Source: Dehalococcoidia bacterium
Lineage (GTDB): Bacteria > Chloroflexota > Dehalococcoidia > Lucifugimonadales > UBA3495
Assembly (NCBI GenBank): GCA_030740155.1
Contig: JASLXV010000077.1
Location: 1-62,894 of the forward strand
Reading direction: 5' to 3'
Length of the DNA stretch: 62,894 bases
Shown in pieces: positions 48,631 to 57,858 of the stretch (position 1 is the first letter of the stretch; each line of letters opens with the position of its first letter). Position numbers and translations under genes: made by a program. Below the pieces are notes generated by a model. The model was not told where the DNA came from and made no database searches. It worked only from the letters and a program-made list of their open reading frames with translations.

Positions 48631-50508
48631 CTACTGGCGCGGCCGGGCCCATTCCAGGCCATTGATCTGCCGAAGGTCGCCACGCTTGATGTGGTCGTCC
48701 CACGGCTCCAGCTTGGGACCGATGGCCCAAATATTGTCGAACACGTACAGGCCCGTTTCGCCGAACACGTTGTTGAACATGAACTCGGCGATCTCCATCT
48801 CGATCCCTTCGCGGTCATCCTTGGCGACACTCGTTTGACCGGCGGGAATCTTCTCCTCTAGGAAGGGGTGCATGGACCCATAGTTGAAGACGGACTTGAA
48901 GGTGTAGTTGCCCAGCCCGTGGATCGGCGCCAGCCGGATGCCCACGGAGTGGCACGAGGCTCCCTTGTAGGTCCGGCCGACCAGGGTTGGCCGGAAGGCG
49001 GAGTAGGGGATCCTCTGGAAATCGACGTTGATGCCGATGTCGTCCCACATCTGGGCGATGGCCTCACAGGCCTCCACCTCGGAGGGGGCGTTGCGTACGG
49101 CGGTAGTCAGGGTGATGTCGAAACCGTCGGGGTAGCCTGCTTCGGTGAGAAGCTGCTTGGCCAGGTCCGGGTCAAAGTCCCAGGTCATCTCCGCCGGCAG
49201 CCGAGCCTCATCCGGGCCGCCCCAGTCCCGCAAGGCCAGAGAATGGCCGAAGCCGCGGAGCAGGGTATCGATCAGCAGCTGGCGGTCGATGGCTATGGAC
49301 AGTGCCAAGCGCACCTTGCGAGCATCGTCCCACTCTTCAGAGGTGATGTCCGCGTTCCCGGACACCCAGGGAAGGGAGGGGTCGTAGTTATCCGCCTGCT
49401 CTTCGGTGCCGGCCCCAACGTGCATCTGTCCGTAGAAGTTCAGGCCGGCCTGGCCCGCGTCGGGCACCTGCATCAGCTTGGCTCCCTCCACGGATTCCAC
49501 CAGGGGCAGGGAGTCCAGGGCCATCGCGAAGGTGTCCAGATTGCCCGTCTGGAATCCGGCCACTCGGGCGGACTCCTCGGGGATCTCCCACAGCGTCAAC
49601 TCGGAGAAGAAAGGAGTCCGGCGCCAGTGGTCCTCGGTGGCGCTCAGCCGCCAGAACTCCCCGGTGCGCCATTCTTCGATTGCCCAAGGCCCGGTGGCGG
49701 CCGTGTTGCGGTTGGTCTCTTCCTCGCCAACTGCATCGTGCTGCTTCTTGCTGGTTACGTAGGCAACGGAAGACCTGGGGGTGCCGAGCAACTCGTTTAC
49801 GATGATGTCGGAGAACGTCTCTCCGGTGTTCAGGATGATGCTGTGGTCGTCGGGAGTCTCGATGGAACCGCTCTCGTTGAACCACACTGATTTGGCGTTC
49901 TGAGCCCTGGTGTGCCTTTCGCTTTCGCTGATCTGCCCCATGGACCAGATCACGTCTTCAGCGGTCATCTCCCCGTAGCCCTGGTGGAACTGGACCCCTT
50001 TGCGGAGGTTGAAGGTCCAGGTCTTGAAGTCGGTGGAGACGCTCCAGCTCTCGGCCAGCATGGGCTCGAGGGCCCCGTTTGTTTCATTCGCCATACCCAG
50101 GGATTCCGTGATGCCGGTGGCGTTGACGATGAAGATCTGGGGCTGGCCGGTCAGCCTGGGGTGCGACATGAAAGGTCCCATGTCTTTGAGCCCCAAGTTG
50201 ATGGTGCCCGTGGGCTTGACCGCCGGTTCGGAGGAGGCGGGGATCGGCGTCGACGTGGGCACCGGAGTGAGGGTTGGCGCCGCCGGCTGGCTCGTTGCGC
50301 CCGAAGTGGCCGCCGGTGCTGTGGTGGCCTGGGGCGCCGTGGTAGCGGCCGGTGCTGTGGTGGCCTGGGGCGCCGTGGTGGCGGCCGGGGCGCTGGTCGG
50401 CTGGGGTGTTGCGGTGGCTGATGCCCCGCAGGCTGCTATTAAGAGCAGTAATAGAACGGCGGAGGTGAGTACCATCGCCTTGGAAAACCTTGGCCAGCCC
50501 TGAAACAT
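48631..50508 (-). CDS. Family-5 ABC solute-binding lipoprotein, SBP1
   Basis: Lipobox IAA-C, ATP-rich (Ala/Thr/Pro) linker, LAESW...TFNLRKGVQFH...TAEDV, TGPW, VRLALSIAIDR, AKQLLTEAGYPDGF. Confidence 0.95.
   Translation of the reverse strand: MFQGWPRFSKAMVLTSAVLLLLLIAACGASATATPQPTSAPAATTAPQATTAPAATTAPQATTAPAATSGATSQPAAPTLTPVPTSTPIPASSEPAVKPTGTINLGLKDMGPFMSHPRLTGQPQIFIVNATGITESLGMANETNGALEPMLAESWSVSTDFKTWTFNLRKGVQFHQGYGEMTAEDVIWSMGQISESERHTRAQNAKSVWFNESGSIETPDDHSIILNTGETFSDIIVNELLGTPRSSVAYVTSKKQHDAVGEEETNRNTAATGPWAIEEWRTGEFWRLSATEDHWRRTPFFSELTLWEIPEESARVAGFQTGNLDTFAMALDSLPLVESVEGAKLMQVPDAGQAGLNFYGQMHVGAGTEEQADNYDPSLPWVSGNADITSEEWDDARKVRLALSIAIDRQLLIDTLLRGFGHSLALRDWGGPDEARLPAEMTWDFDPDLAKQLLTEAGYPDGFDITLTTAVRNAPSEVEACEAIAQMWDDIGINVDFQRIPYSAFRPTLVGRTYKGASCHSVGIRLAPIHGLGNYTFKSVFNYGSMHPFLEEKIPAGQTSVAKDDREGIEMEIAEFMFNNVFGETGLYVFDNIWAIGPKLEPWDDHIKRGDLRQINGLEWARPRQ
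50312..50388 (-). repeat. Coding tandem repeat (36-nt unit, APAATTAPQATT) in the SBP1 linker
   Basis: gccggtgctgtggtggcctggggcgccgtggt(a/g)gcg repeated twice. Confidence 0.8.
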
Positions 50509-50682
50509 TGTTGGTCCTCCCTGATAGGAAATGTTGGAAATTGAACCCTTTCGGTCCAGCGGACGGTCACTGGTTGCGGCTGCAGAAGCGTCCTGTTTTG
50601 CCGGGGGTTGGCCCGCTGGTTGCCCTTTGGGCCTGGCCGACCGTTCTATCGCCGGCCAGGCACTAAGCGATAGAAGCAGCCG

Positions 50683-50800
50683 ATACTATCATGCAACAAG
50701 ATAGTATTTTCGATACAATATTAATAAGCTAGCTGTGGATTGTCAACTGCCCAGTGCAACATTAATATTACATGCCGATGTATATCGCTTAGACCGATGT
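50683..50800 (-). promoter_or_regulatory. SBP1 promoter with TATC-N9-GATA boxes
   Basis: -35 TTGACA (plus tgtcaa at 50741); perfect inverted repeat ATACTATC-N9-GATAGTAT at 50683-50707; further box at 50783-50798. Confidence 0.7.
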
Positions 50801-50897
50801 CTGATGGCTCTGGCTGAGGCGGCCGGCCTCCGGTAAAACAGGCCTATCGCCGGGTCAAGGGTTGCATCCTGCATCCGATCCGATTTCAAGCAAAGAA

Positions 50898-50929
50898 ACA
50901 GGCCCCCGGTGTATACACCGGGGGCCTGT
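50898..50929. terminator. Array-family terminator after SBP2
   Basis: ACAGGCCCCCGGTG-TATA-CACCGGGGGCCTGT. Confidence 0.88.
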
Positions 50930-50977
50930 CTGTTGTGGCGGTAGTGGATTGGGCGTCTCAGCCCGTGCTGAAGGCCT

Positions 50978-52846
50978 TTACTGGCGAGGCATTGCCCATT
51001 CCATGCCGTTCTGTTGCCGCAGGTCGCCGCGCTTGATGTGGTCGTCCCACGGCTCGAGCTTGGGACCGATGGCCCAGATGTTGTCGAACACGTACAGGCC
51101 GGTTTGGCCGAACACGTTGTCGTACATGAACCGGGCGATCTCCATCTCGAGCTTCTCCCGGTCATCCTTGGCCGTGGCCCGCTGGGCCTCGGAGACCTTC
51201 TCTTCCAGGAAGGGGTGCATGGTCCCGTAGTTGAACACGGAATCGTACTTGTAGTTGCCCAGCCCGTGGACCGGCGCCAACCGGATGGACACGGAGTGGC
51301 AACTAGCTCCCTTGTAGGTCCGGCCGACCAGGGTTGGCCGGAAGGCGGAGTAGGGGATCCGTTGGAAGTTGACGTCCAGTCCGATATCGTCCCACATCTG
51401 GGCGATGGCCTCACAGGCCTCCAGCTCGGAGGGAGCGTTGCGGATGGCTGTAGTCAGGGTGATGGAGAAGCCATCTGGATAGCCCGCCTCGGCCAGAAGA
51501 TCCTGGGCCCGGTCCGGGTCAAAGTCCCATGTCATGTCGGCCGGCAGCCGCGCCTCGTCCGTGCCGGCCCAGTCTCTCAGCACCAGGGGGCGGCCAAAAC
51601 CGCGCAGCAGCGTGTCCACCAGGAGCTGGCGGTCGATGGCGATGGACAGGGCCAAGCGCACCTTGCGGGCCGTGTCCCACTCTTCAGATGCAGGGTCGGA
51701 GTTGCCGGACACCCACGGAAGCTCGGGATCGTAGCTTTCCGCCGGCTCAGGGGTCCCGTACAGCTGGCCGAAGAAGTTCAAACCGGCCTGGCCCGCATTG
51801 GGCACTTGCATCAGCTTGGCTCCGGGCACGGATTCCACCAAAGGCAGGGAGTCCAGAGCCATGGCAAAGGTATCCAGGTGGCCCGTCTGGAAGCCGGCCA
51901 CCCGGGCGGACTCCTCGGGGATCTCCCAGACCCATAGCTCGGCGAAGAAAGGCGTCTTGCGCCAGTGGTCCTCGACGGCGCTCAGCCGCCAGAACTCCCC
52001 GGTGCGCCACTCGTCGATGGCCCAGGGGCCGGTGGCGGCCGTGTTGCGGTTGGTCTCCTCCTCGCCCTCTGCATCGTGCTGCTTCTTGCTGGTAACGTAG
52101 GCCATGGAAGACCTGGGGGTGCCGAGCAGCTCGTTCACGACGATGTCGGAGAACGCCTCGCCGGTGTTTAGGACGATGGTGTGGTCATCGGGAGTCTCGG
52201 TGGTCCCGGCCTCGTTGAACCACACCGCCCTGACGTTCTGGGCCCTGGTGTGTTTTTCGCTTTCGCCGATCTGCCCCATGGACCAGAGCACGTCTTCGGC
52301 GGTCATCTCCCCGTAGCCCTGGTGGAACTGGACTCCCTTCTGGAGATTGAAGGTCCAGGTTTTGAAGTCGCTGGAGATGGTCCAGCTCTCCGCCAGCATC
52401 GGCTCAATGGCCCCATCCGTTTCGTTGTACATTCCCAGGGATTCAGTGATGCCGATTGCGTTGGCGACGAAGATCTGGGGCTGGCCGGTCAGCCTGGGAT
52501 GAGACATGAAAGGTCCCATATCCTTGAGCCCCAGGTTAATGGTGCCCCTGGGCTTGGCCGGCGGTGCCGAAGAGGTGGGGACCGGTGTCGATGTGGGCAC
52601 CGGAGTGAGGGTCGCAGCCGGTGGCTTGGCCCCTGGGGCCGAAGTAGCCGCCGGAGCGACGGTGGCTGCCGGGGCCACGGTGGCCCCCGGAATGCTGGTG
52701 GCTGCCGGTCCCGTGGTGGCCGCTGGGGCCGAAGTGGGCCGGGGCGTTGCCGTGGCTGCCGAGCCGCAGGCTACTATGAACAGCAGCAGCAGAACGGCAG
52801 AGGTGAATACCATGGCCCGGGAAAACCTTGGCCGGTGGTGTCGCAT
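50978..52846 (-). CDS. Family-5 ABC solute-binding lipoprotein, SBP2 (close paralogue of SBP1)
   Basis: Lipobox IVA-C; long identical blocks with SBP1 (e.g. GLKDMGPFMSHPRLTGQPQIF). Confidence 0.95.
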   Translation of the reverse strand: MRHHRPRFSRAMVFTSAVLLLLFIVACGSAATATPRPTSAPAATTGPAATSIPGATVAPAATVAPAATSAPGAKPPAATLTPVPTSTPVPTSSAPPAKPRGTINLGLKDMGPFMSHPRLTGQPQIFVANAIGITESLGMYNETDGAIEPMLAESWTISSDFKTWTFNLQKGVQFHQGYGEMTAEDVLWSMGQIGESEKHTRAQNVRAVWFNEAGTTETPDDHTIVLNTGEAFSDIVVNELLGTPRSSMAYVTSKKQHDAEGEEETNRNTAATGPWAIDEWRTGEFWRLSAVEDHWRKTPFFAELWVWEIPEESARVAGFQTGHLDTFAMALDSLPLVESVPGAKLMQVPNAGQAGLNFFGQLYGTPEPAESYDPELPWVSGNSDPASEEWDTARKVRLALSIAIDRQLLVDTLLRGFGRPLVLRDWAGTDEARLPADMTWDFDPDRAQDLLAEAGYPDGFSITLTTAIRNAPSELEACEAIAQMWDDIGLDVNFQRIPYSAFRPTLVGRTYKGASCHSVSIRLAPVHGLGNYKYDSVFNYGTMHPFLEEKVSEAQRATAKDDREKLEMEIARFMYDNVFGQTGLYVFDNIWAIGPKLEPWDDHIKRGDLRQQNGMEWAMPRQ

Positions 52847-53019
52847 TGTCTAGACCTCCCTGGGTGCAAGCATTGGACATTAAATTAGAATGGCGAGCGA
52901 TCAGCGTCAGCTTTGCCGGAACCAAACGACTGATTACTTCTGGAGACCCAACACATCCGACCCCTTACCGTAGGGCGCGGCCAAGAGATCATCGCGTGTT
53001 CGCATAAAACGTGCGTTGA

Positions 53020-53167
53020 AATATAAATCATCCAGATAGGGGCTGTCAACTGGATGGTTCTATGCTGATACTGTTTCCCGTAAGTTATCGTTACCCATGA
53101 TAGTATGCGCCAAAAGTATCGTATGTATTGATATTAATAGCCTTTGTATATCACTAACACCGATACT
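53020..53167 (-). promoter_or_regulatory. SBP2 promoter plus phased operator array
   Basis: TTGACA (plus 53044) with an AT-rich -10; GATA half-sites at 53067, 53099, 53130, 53162, the last three preceded by TATC-N9. Confidence 0.75.
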
Positions 53168-53240
53168 TCAAGGCTCTGCCCCCATTCCTTGTTTGGTAGT
53201 AGAATAGGTCTACCTGGGTTTTGGGCCCGCCTTGAACCGG

Positions 53241-53315
53241 GCCGGTGTAGCTCAGTGGCAGAGCAGCGGTTTCGTAAACCGCAGGCCAAGAGTTCGACTC
53301 TCTTCACCGGCTCCA
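53241..53315 (+). tRNA. tRNA-Thr(CGT), copy 1
   Basis: GCCGGTG TA GCTC AGTGGCA GAGC A GCGGT TTCGTAA ACCGC AGGCC AAGAG TTCGACT CTCTT CACCGGC T CCA; full cloverleaf with encoded CCA; -10 TAGAAT at 53200. Confidence 0.97.
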
Positions 53316-53327
53316 CTTCTCAAAGAC

Positions 53328-53367
53328 CAGGAAAAGGCCCCTGGATAGCACCAGGGGCCTTTTCCTG
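53328..53367. terminator. Bidirectional terminator between tRNA-Thr copy 1 and an SBP remnant
   Basis: CAGGAAAAGGCCCCTGG-ATAGCA-CCAGGGGCCTTTTCCTG, perfect 17-bp stem. Confidence 0.9.
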
Positions 53368-53410
53368 CCGTTTCGCCGGGGGGAGGGACGGGAGCCGCGC
53401 TAATCCAACG

Positions 53411-53515
53411 CTACTTGCGGGGCTGAACCCATTCCATGCCGTTAATCTGCCCGAGGTCGCCCTTTCCTACAAGGTCGTCCCAAGGCTCGAGCTTGGGCCC
53501 CACGGCCCAGGCGTT
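53411..53515 (-). pseudogene. Last 34 codons of a deleted SBP paralogue
   Basis: NAWAVGPKLEPWDDLVGKGDLGQINGMEWVQPRK* aligns with the SBP1/2/6 C-termini. Confidence 0.9.
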
Positions 53516-53695
53516 GCAACACCTCAAGAATCGTCACAGCCGATACTTCACGGCCCTGCCGCCGTGCCCCGTTTGGTAGTAGAATGAATGAACCGTCACT
53601 CTTGGCTTGCCGGGGGGCCTGGGTGAGACCCTGAAACGGGTCCCCAGTTGCCTCGGAGGAGTGGAGATTCGTGGCAAGCCCGCCGTTCAACTCGG

Positions 53696-53770
53696 GCCGG
53701 TGTAGCTCAGTGGCAGAGCAGCGGTTTCGTAAACCGCAGGCCAAGAGTTCGACTCTCTTCACCGGCTCCA
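53696..53770 (+). tRNA. tRNA-Thr(CGT), copy 2 (identical to copy 1)
   Basis: Same 75-nt sequence; upstream promoter segment 53540-53586 is a diverged copy of 53160-53206; hairpin follows at 53789-53814. Confidence 0.97.
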
Positions 53771-53864
53771 CTTCTTTGGCAAGAGAAAAGGCCCCTGGTG
53801 TTATCCGGGGGCCTGCTTCTTTACGGCTTTGCCAGGCCGGCGCTGGCGGGTTGCGCTGATAAAC

Positions 53865-53931
53865 ATCCCACCGGCGCCGCCGCGCCCATTCCATGCCGTC
53901 TATCGGTGCAGAGCGGCGGCGCCGGTGGGAT
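53865..53931. repeat. Perfect 19-bp inverted repeat enclosing an SBP 3'-end relic
   Basis: ATCCCACCGGCGCCGCCGC-29 nt-GCGGCGGCGCCGGTGGGAT; minus strand reads IDGMEWARRRR. Confidence 0.8.
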
Positions 53932-53951
53932 TTGTTGCCGTGCCTGCCGGG

Positions 53952-55808
53952 TTACTCTCTGGGCTTAATGAACTGGAATCCGGTAACCTTTCTCAGGTCA
54001 TCATAGCCGTCCGGCTCCCATTCCTGAATCTTCGGGCCCACCGGCCATACGGCGTCGAAGGAATAAAGGCCGAAGGCCATTACGTTGTCGTACATGAAGT
54101 CGTAGATCTCAACCTCCCTCAGCATCCGCTTCGCCGGGTCCATCTCGAGGGCGGCGGTTTTGACGAGCACGTCCAGGTCGGGGTGATGGGTACCGTAGCT
54201 GAACGTCGACGTATTGGCGTAGTTACCGGCGCCTACGGACACGACCAGCCGTATCGCTACGGAGTGGCAGGTGGCACCTTTTTGGGTGCGGGAAATGAAG
54301 CTAGGACGAAGGGTGGAGTAGGGGAGTTTCTGTTCCTTCACGTCGATGCCCACGTCGCGCCACATCTGGGCTACAGCCTGGCACGCCTCTACTTCGCCGG
54401 GGGCAGATCGAATGGCCGGGGTAAGGGTTATGGAGAACCCGTCCGGGTAGCCGGCCTCGGCCAGCAGTTCCCGGGCCCGGCCCGGGTCAAAATCATGCTT
54501 CCACCGTTCCGGCATCCGGCCTTCGTGACCGGCCCAGTCTCGCAGGACCAGGGGTTTCCCGAAGCCCCGCAGTATGGTGTCCACGATGGCCTCACGGTCG
54601 ATGGCGATGGCCATGGCCTTTTTGACCTTCACGGCATTCTGCCACTCCTCAGAAGTGACGTCAGCATTGCCGGACACCCAAGCTAGCCCTGGGTCATAGC
54701 TAGGCGCCTTTTCTCCCTCCTCCGGCCAGTCGGAGTAGGTCTGGCCGTAGATGTTCAGTCCAGCCTGGCCGGCATTGTTCACCGACATCAGCCTGGCCCC
54801 CGGGACTTTTTCTATCACGGGTATGCTGTCGAATTCCATCTGGAAGGTGTCCAGGTTACCGGTCTGGAAGCCGGCCACCCGGCTCGACTCCTCGGGGACG
54901 GTCCAGAAGGTCAGCTCGTGGAAGTAGGGGGTTTGGCGCCAATGGTCCTCAACGGCCTCCATCCTCCAGAACTCGCCGGCGCGTTCATCCATTATCTCCC
55001 AGGGTCCCGTGGCGGCGATATTCTTGCTGGCCGCGTCAGCGCCCACTTCGTCGGACTGCTTCTTGCTGACCACCCAGGAACTGGCGCCTCCCTGGTTCGC
55101 CATCCATTCGAACACCCGGCCATCCACCCAGGGTTCACCGGTGTTCACCTTGACAGTGTGGGGGTTCGGGTACTCTACGGAGCCGTCCTCGTGGCCCCAG
55201 AATTTCTTCATAAAGGCGGCCCTGGCGTGCTTGGCGCCTTCGCCGAATTGCTGCTGGGAGTAGACGAGATCTTCGGCGGTCATCTCCCCGTAGCCCTTGT
55301 GGAACTGGACCCCTTTGCGCATATTAAAGGTCCAGGTCAGGAAGTCCTCGGAAACGCTCCACGACTCGGCCAGGAAAGGGGCGGCGGAAAGGTCTGGCCG
55401 GATCGTGAATACCCCTTCCCCGACTGCCACGTTTGTCCACGATATTCGAGGCGAGGAGGTAAACACGGGGTGCGCTTCAAATACGCCCGTCTCCGGGACA
55501 CCCATGTTCAGAGTGCCCTTGGGCTTCGCCTGGGAGGCCGCGGCTGTGGGCGCGGGCGCTGAGGTGGGCACGGCGGTGGCCGCCGGCGCGGCTCCTCCGG
55601 AACTTGCCGGCGCCGTGGTTGCCACCGGCGCCGCGATACCCGCCGGGACGATGGTGGCGGCGGGCGCCGCGGTAGCTGCGGCTCTGGGGGTATTGGTGGG
55701 TTGGGGTGTTGCCGTGGCCGACGCGCCACAGGCTAAGACGAATACCAAAAGCAGGACTGCGGAGATGAGTACTATTCCTCGTGGACTTACGGGCCAGCGA
55801 TGATGCAT
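53952..55808 (-). CDS. Family-5 ABC solute-binding lipoprotein, SBP3
   Basis: Lipobox VLA-C, same family motifs; RBS GGGAGG before ATG 55808. Confidence 0.95.
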   Translation of the reverse strand: MHHRWPVSPRGIVLISAVLLLVFVLACGASATATPQPTNTPRAAATAAPAATIVPAGIAAPVATTAPASSGGAAPAATAVPTSAPAPTAAASQAKPKGTLNMGVPETGVFEAHPVFTSSPRISWTNVAVGEGVFTIRPDLSAAPFLAESWSVSEDFLTWTFNMRKGVQFHKGYGEMTAEDLVYSQQQFGEGAKHARAAFMKKFWGHEDGSVEYPNPHTVKVNTGEPWVDGRVFEWMANQGGASSWVVSKKQSDEVGADAASKNIAATGPWEIMDERAGEFWRMEAVEDHWRQTPYFHELTFWTVPEESSRVAGFQTGNLDTFQMEFDSIPVIEKVPGARLMSVNNAGQAGLNIYGQTYSDWPEEGEKAPSYDPGLAWVSGNADVTSEEWQNAVKVKKAMAIAIDREAIVDTILRGFGKPLVLRDWAGHEGRMPERWKHDFDPGRARELLAEAGYPDGFSITLTPAIRSAPGEVEACQAVAQMWRDVGIDVKEQKLPYSTLRPSFISRTQKGATCHSVAIRLVVSVGAGNYANTSTFSYGTHHPDLDVLVKTAALEMDPAKRMLREVEIYDFMYDNVMAFGLYSFDAVWPVGPKIQEWEPDGYDDLRKVTGFQFIKPRE

Positions 55809-56005
55809 TTTCGGACCTCCCAGCATGAAATTGTTGGAGACCTAGGGTTTGCTGCCATCAGGGGTAATCGCCGGTCTGGACACACGGACCACGCCAGCCC
55901 TGCTGTGGCAAGAATAGCCGCAGCTGCCCCAGCCCAACACATCTACGGTTGAGCCGCCGGCCGCTGGCAAGAGGCTATTGCGTGGTAGCATAAAATACTC
56001 GCAGG

Positions 56006-56153
56006 AATATAAAGCATCCAACTATAGCTGTCAATCAATTGGGTATATATTGATAATGGTTTCCTAGTATTATCGTAAAAGGAGATGGCAAATCGGAAAA
56101 ATTATCGTAATTAATGATACTGTTTAATAGAATATATCGCGGTTATCGATAAT
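56006..56153 (-). promoter_or_regulatory. SBP3 promoter plus phased operator array
   Basis: TTGACA-17-TATATT (plus 56006-56034); GAT(A) half-sites at 56052, 56084, 56116, 56148. Confidence 0.78.
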
Positions 56154-56201
56154 TCCACGGTCTCATTAAAGGCGTGACATTCCTCCCGCCGGTCAACGCG
56201 G

Positions 56202-56276
56202 GCCGGTGTAGATCAGTGGCGGAGCAGCGGTTTCGTAAACCGCAGGCCAAGAGTTCGACTCTCTTCACCGGCTCCA
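56202..56276 (+). tRNA. tRNA-Thr(CGT), copy 3; D-arm variant, possibly non-functional
   Basis: Two substitutions versus copies 1 and 2 (GCTC>GATC in the D-stem; CAGAGC>CGGAGC); the TAGAAT promoter segment is missing. Confidence 0.85.
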
Positions 56277-56326
56277 CTTCTTTGGCAAGAGGAAAGGCCC
56301 CTAGTGTTATCCGGGGGCATGCTTCT

Positions 56327-57858
56327 TTACGGCTTTGCCAGGCCAGCGCCGACGGACACCACCAGCCGGATAGCTACCGAGTGGCAGGTGGCCCCTTGGT
56401 ATGACCTGGATATGAAGGTGGGGCGGATGGTGGAGTAGGGGACGTTCTGTTCCTTCACGTCGATGCCCACGTCGCGCCACATCTGGGCCACCGCTTGGCA
56501 CGCCTCTACCTCGGCGGGGGCGCCCCGGATGGCCGGGGTAAGGGTTATGGAGAACCCGTCGGCGTAGCCGGCCTCGGCCAGCAACCGCCGGGCCCCGTCC
56601 GGGTCAAAGTCATGCTTCCACCGGTCCGGCATCCGGCTCTCGTAGCCAGCCCAGTCCCGCAAGACCAGGGGCCTCCCGAAGCCCCGCAGTATGGTTTCTA
56701 CGATGACCTCGCGGTCGATGGCGATGGCCTTGCGGACCTTCCTGGCCTTGTCCCACTCCTCGGAGGCTGGATCGAGGTTGCCGGACACCCACGCCAGGTC
56801 CGGGTCATAGCTGGGGGACTGATCGGGCGTGCCCACTCTGGTGTAGGTCTGGCCGTATATGTTCAGCCCCGCTTGACCGGCATTGGGCACTGACATCAGA
56901 CTGGCCCCTTCGACTTTCTCTATCGCGGGTATGCTGTCGAAGTCCATCTGGAAGGTGTCCAGGTTGCCCGTCTGGAAGCCCGCCATCCGGCTTGCCTCCT
57001 CGGGCACCGTCCAGAATACCAACTCGGCGAAGTAGGGGGTATGGCGCCAGTGGCCCTCGACGGCCTCCATCCTCCAGAACTCATCGGGACGCTCCTGCAC
57101 TATCTCCCAGGGTCCGGTGGCCGCGATATTCTTGCTGGCGGCGTCAACGCCTACATCGCCGGACTGCTTCTTGCTGACCACCCAGGAACTGGCCCCTCCC
57201 TGGTTTGCCATCCACTCGAACACTTGGCCATCCACCCAGGGTTCGCCCGTGTTCACCTTGACGGTGTAGGTGTCCGGGAACTCCACGGAGCCATCGGGGT
57301 GGTTCCAGAAGTCCCCTATTCTTTTGGCCCTGGCGTGCTTGGCGCCTTCGAAGAGCTGGTTTTGGGAGTAGACGAAGTCTTCTGCGGTCATCTCCCCGCA
57401 ACCTTTGTGGAAATGGACTCCCTTGCGCATATTGAAAGTCCAAGTCAGGAAGTCCGAGGAAACGCTCCACGATTCGGCCAGCAGGCCGCCGGCGGATAGA
57501 TCTTCTCGGATCGTGAATATCCCTTCCGCTACCCCTAGGTTAGTAACCGAAATTCGAGGGGGGGGGGAGTCAACCGGGGGTGTGCTTCAAATACGCCCGT
57601 CTCCGGGAGCCCCATGTTCAGGGTGCCCCTGGGCTTCGCCTGTGGCGCCATGGCCGTGGGCGCGGGCGTTGAGGTGGGCACGGCGGTGGCCGCCGGCGCC
57701 GTGGCTGCTCCGGGACCTGCCGGCGCCGTGGTAGCGACCGGCGCCGCAATACCCGCCGGGACGATGGTGGCGGCGGGCGCCGCGGTAGCCGCGGGTCTGG
57801 GGGTACTGGTGGGTTGGGGCGTTGCCGTGGCCGACGCTCCGCAGGCCAGGACGAACAC
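56327..57858 (-). pseudogene. SBP4 pseudogene (close paralogue of SBP3): 5' and 3' deleted, frameshifted
   Basis: Begins at lipobox VFVLACG with no start of its own; frameshift at a C10 run (plus G10, 57558-57567); truncated after VVSVGAG by fusion to the post-tRNA segment. Confidence 0.9.

Noticed and set aside
53134..53968. Short ORFs overlapping the tRNA-Thr copies
   Set aside because: Translations of tRNA, terminator and SBP relic sequence.
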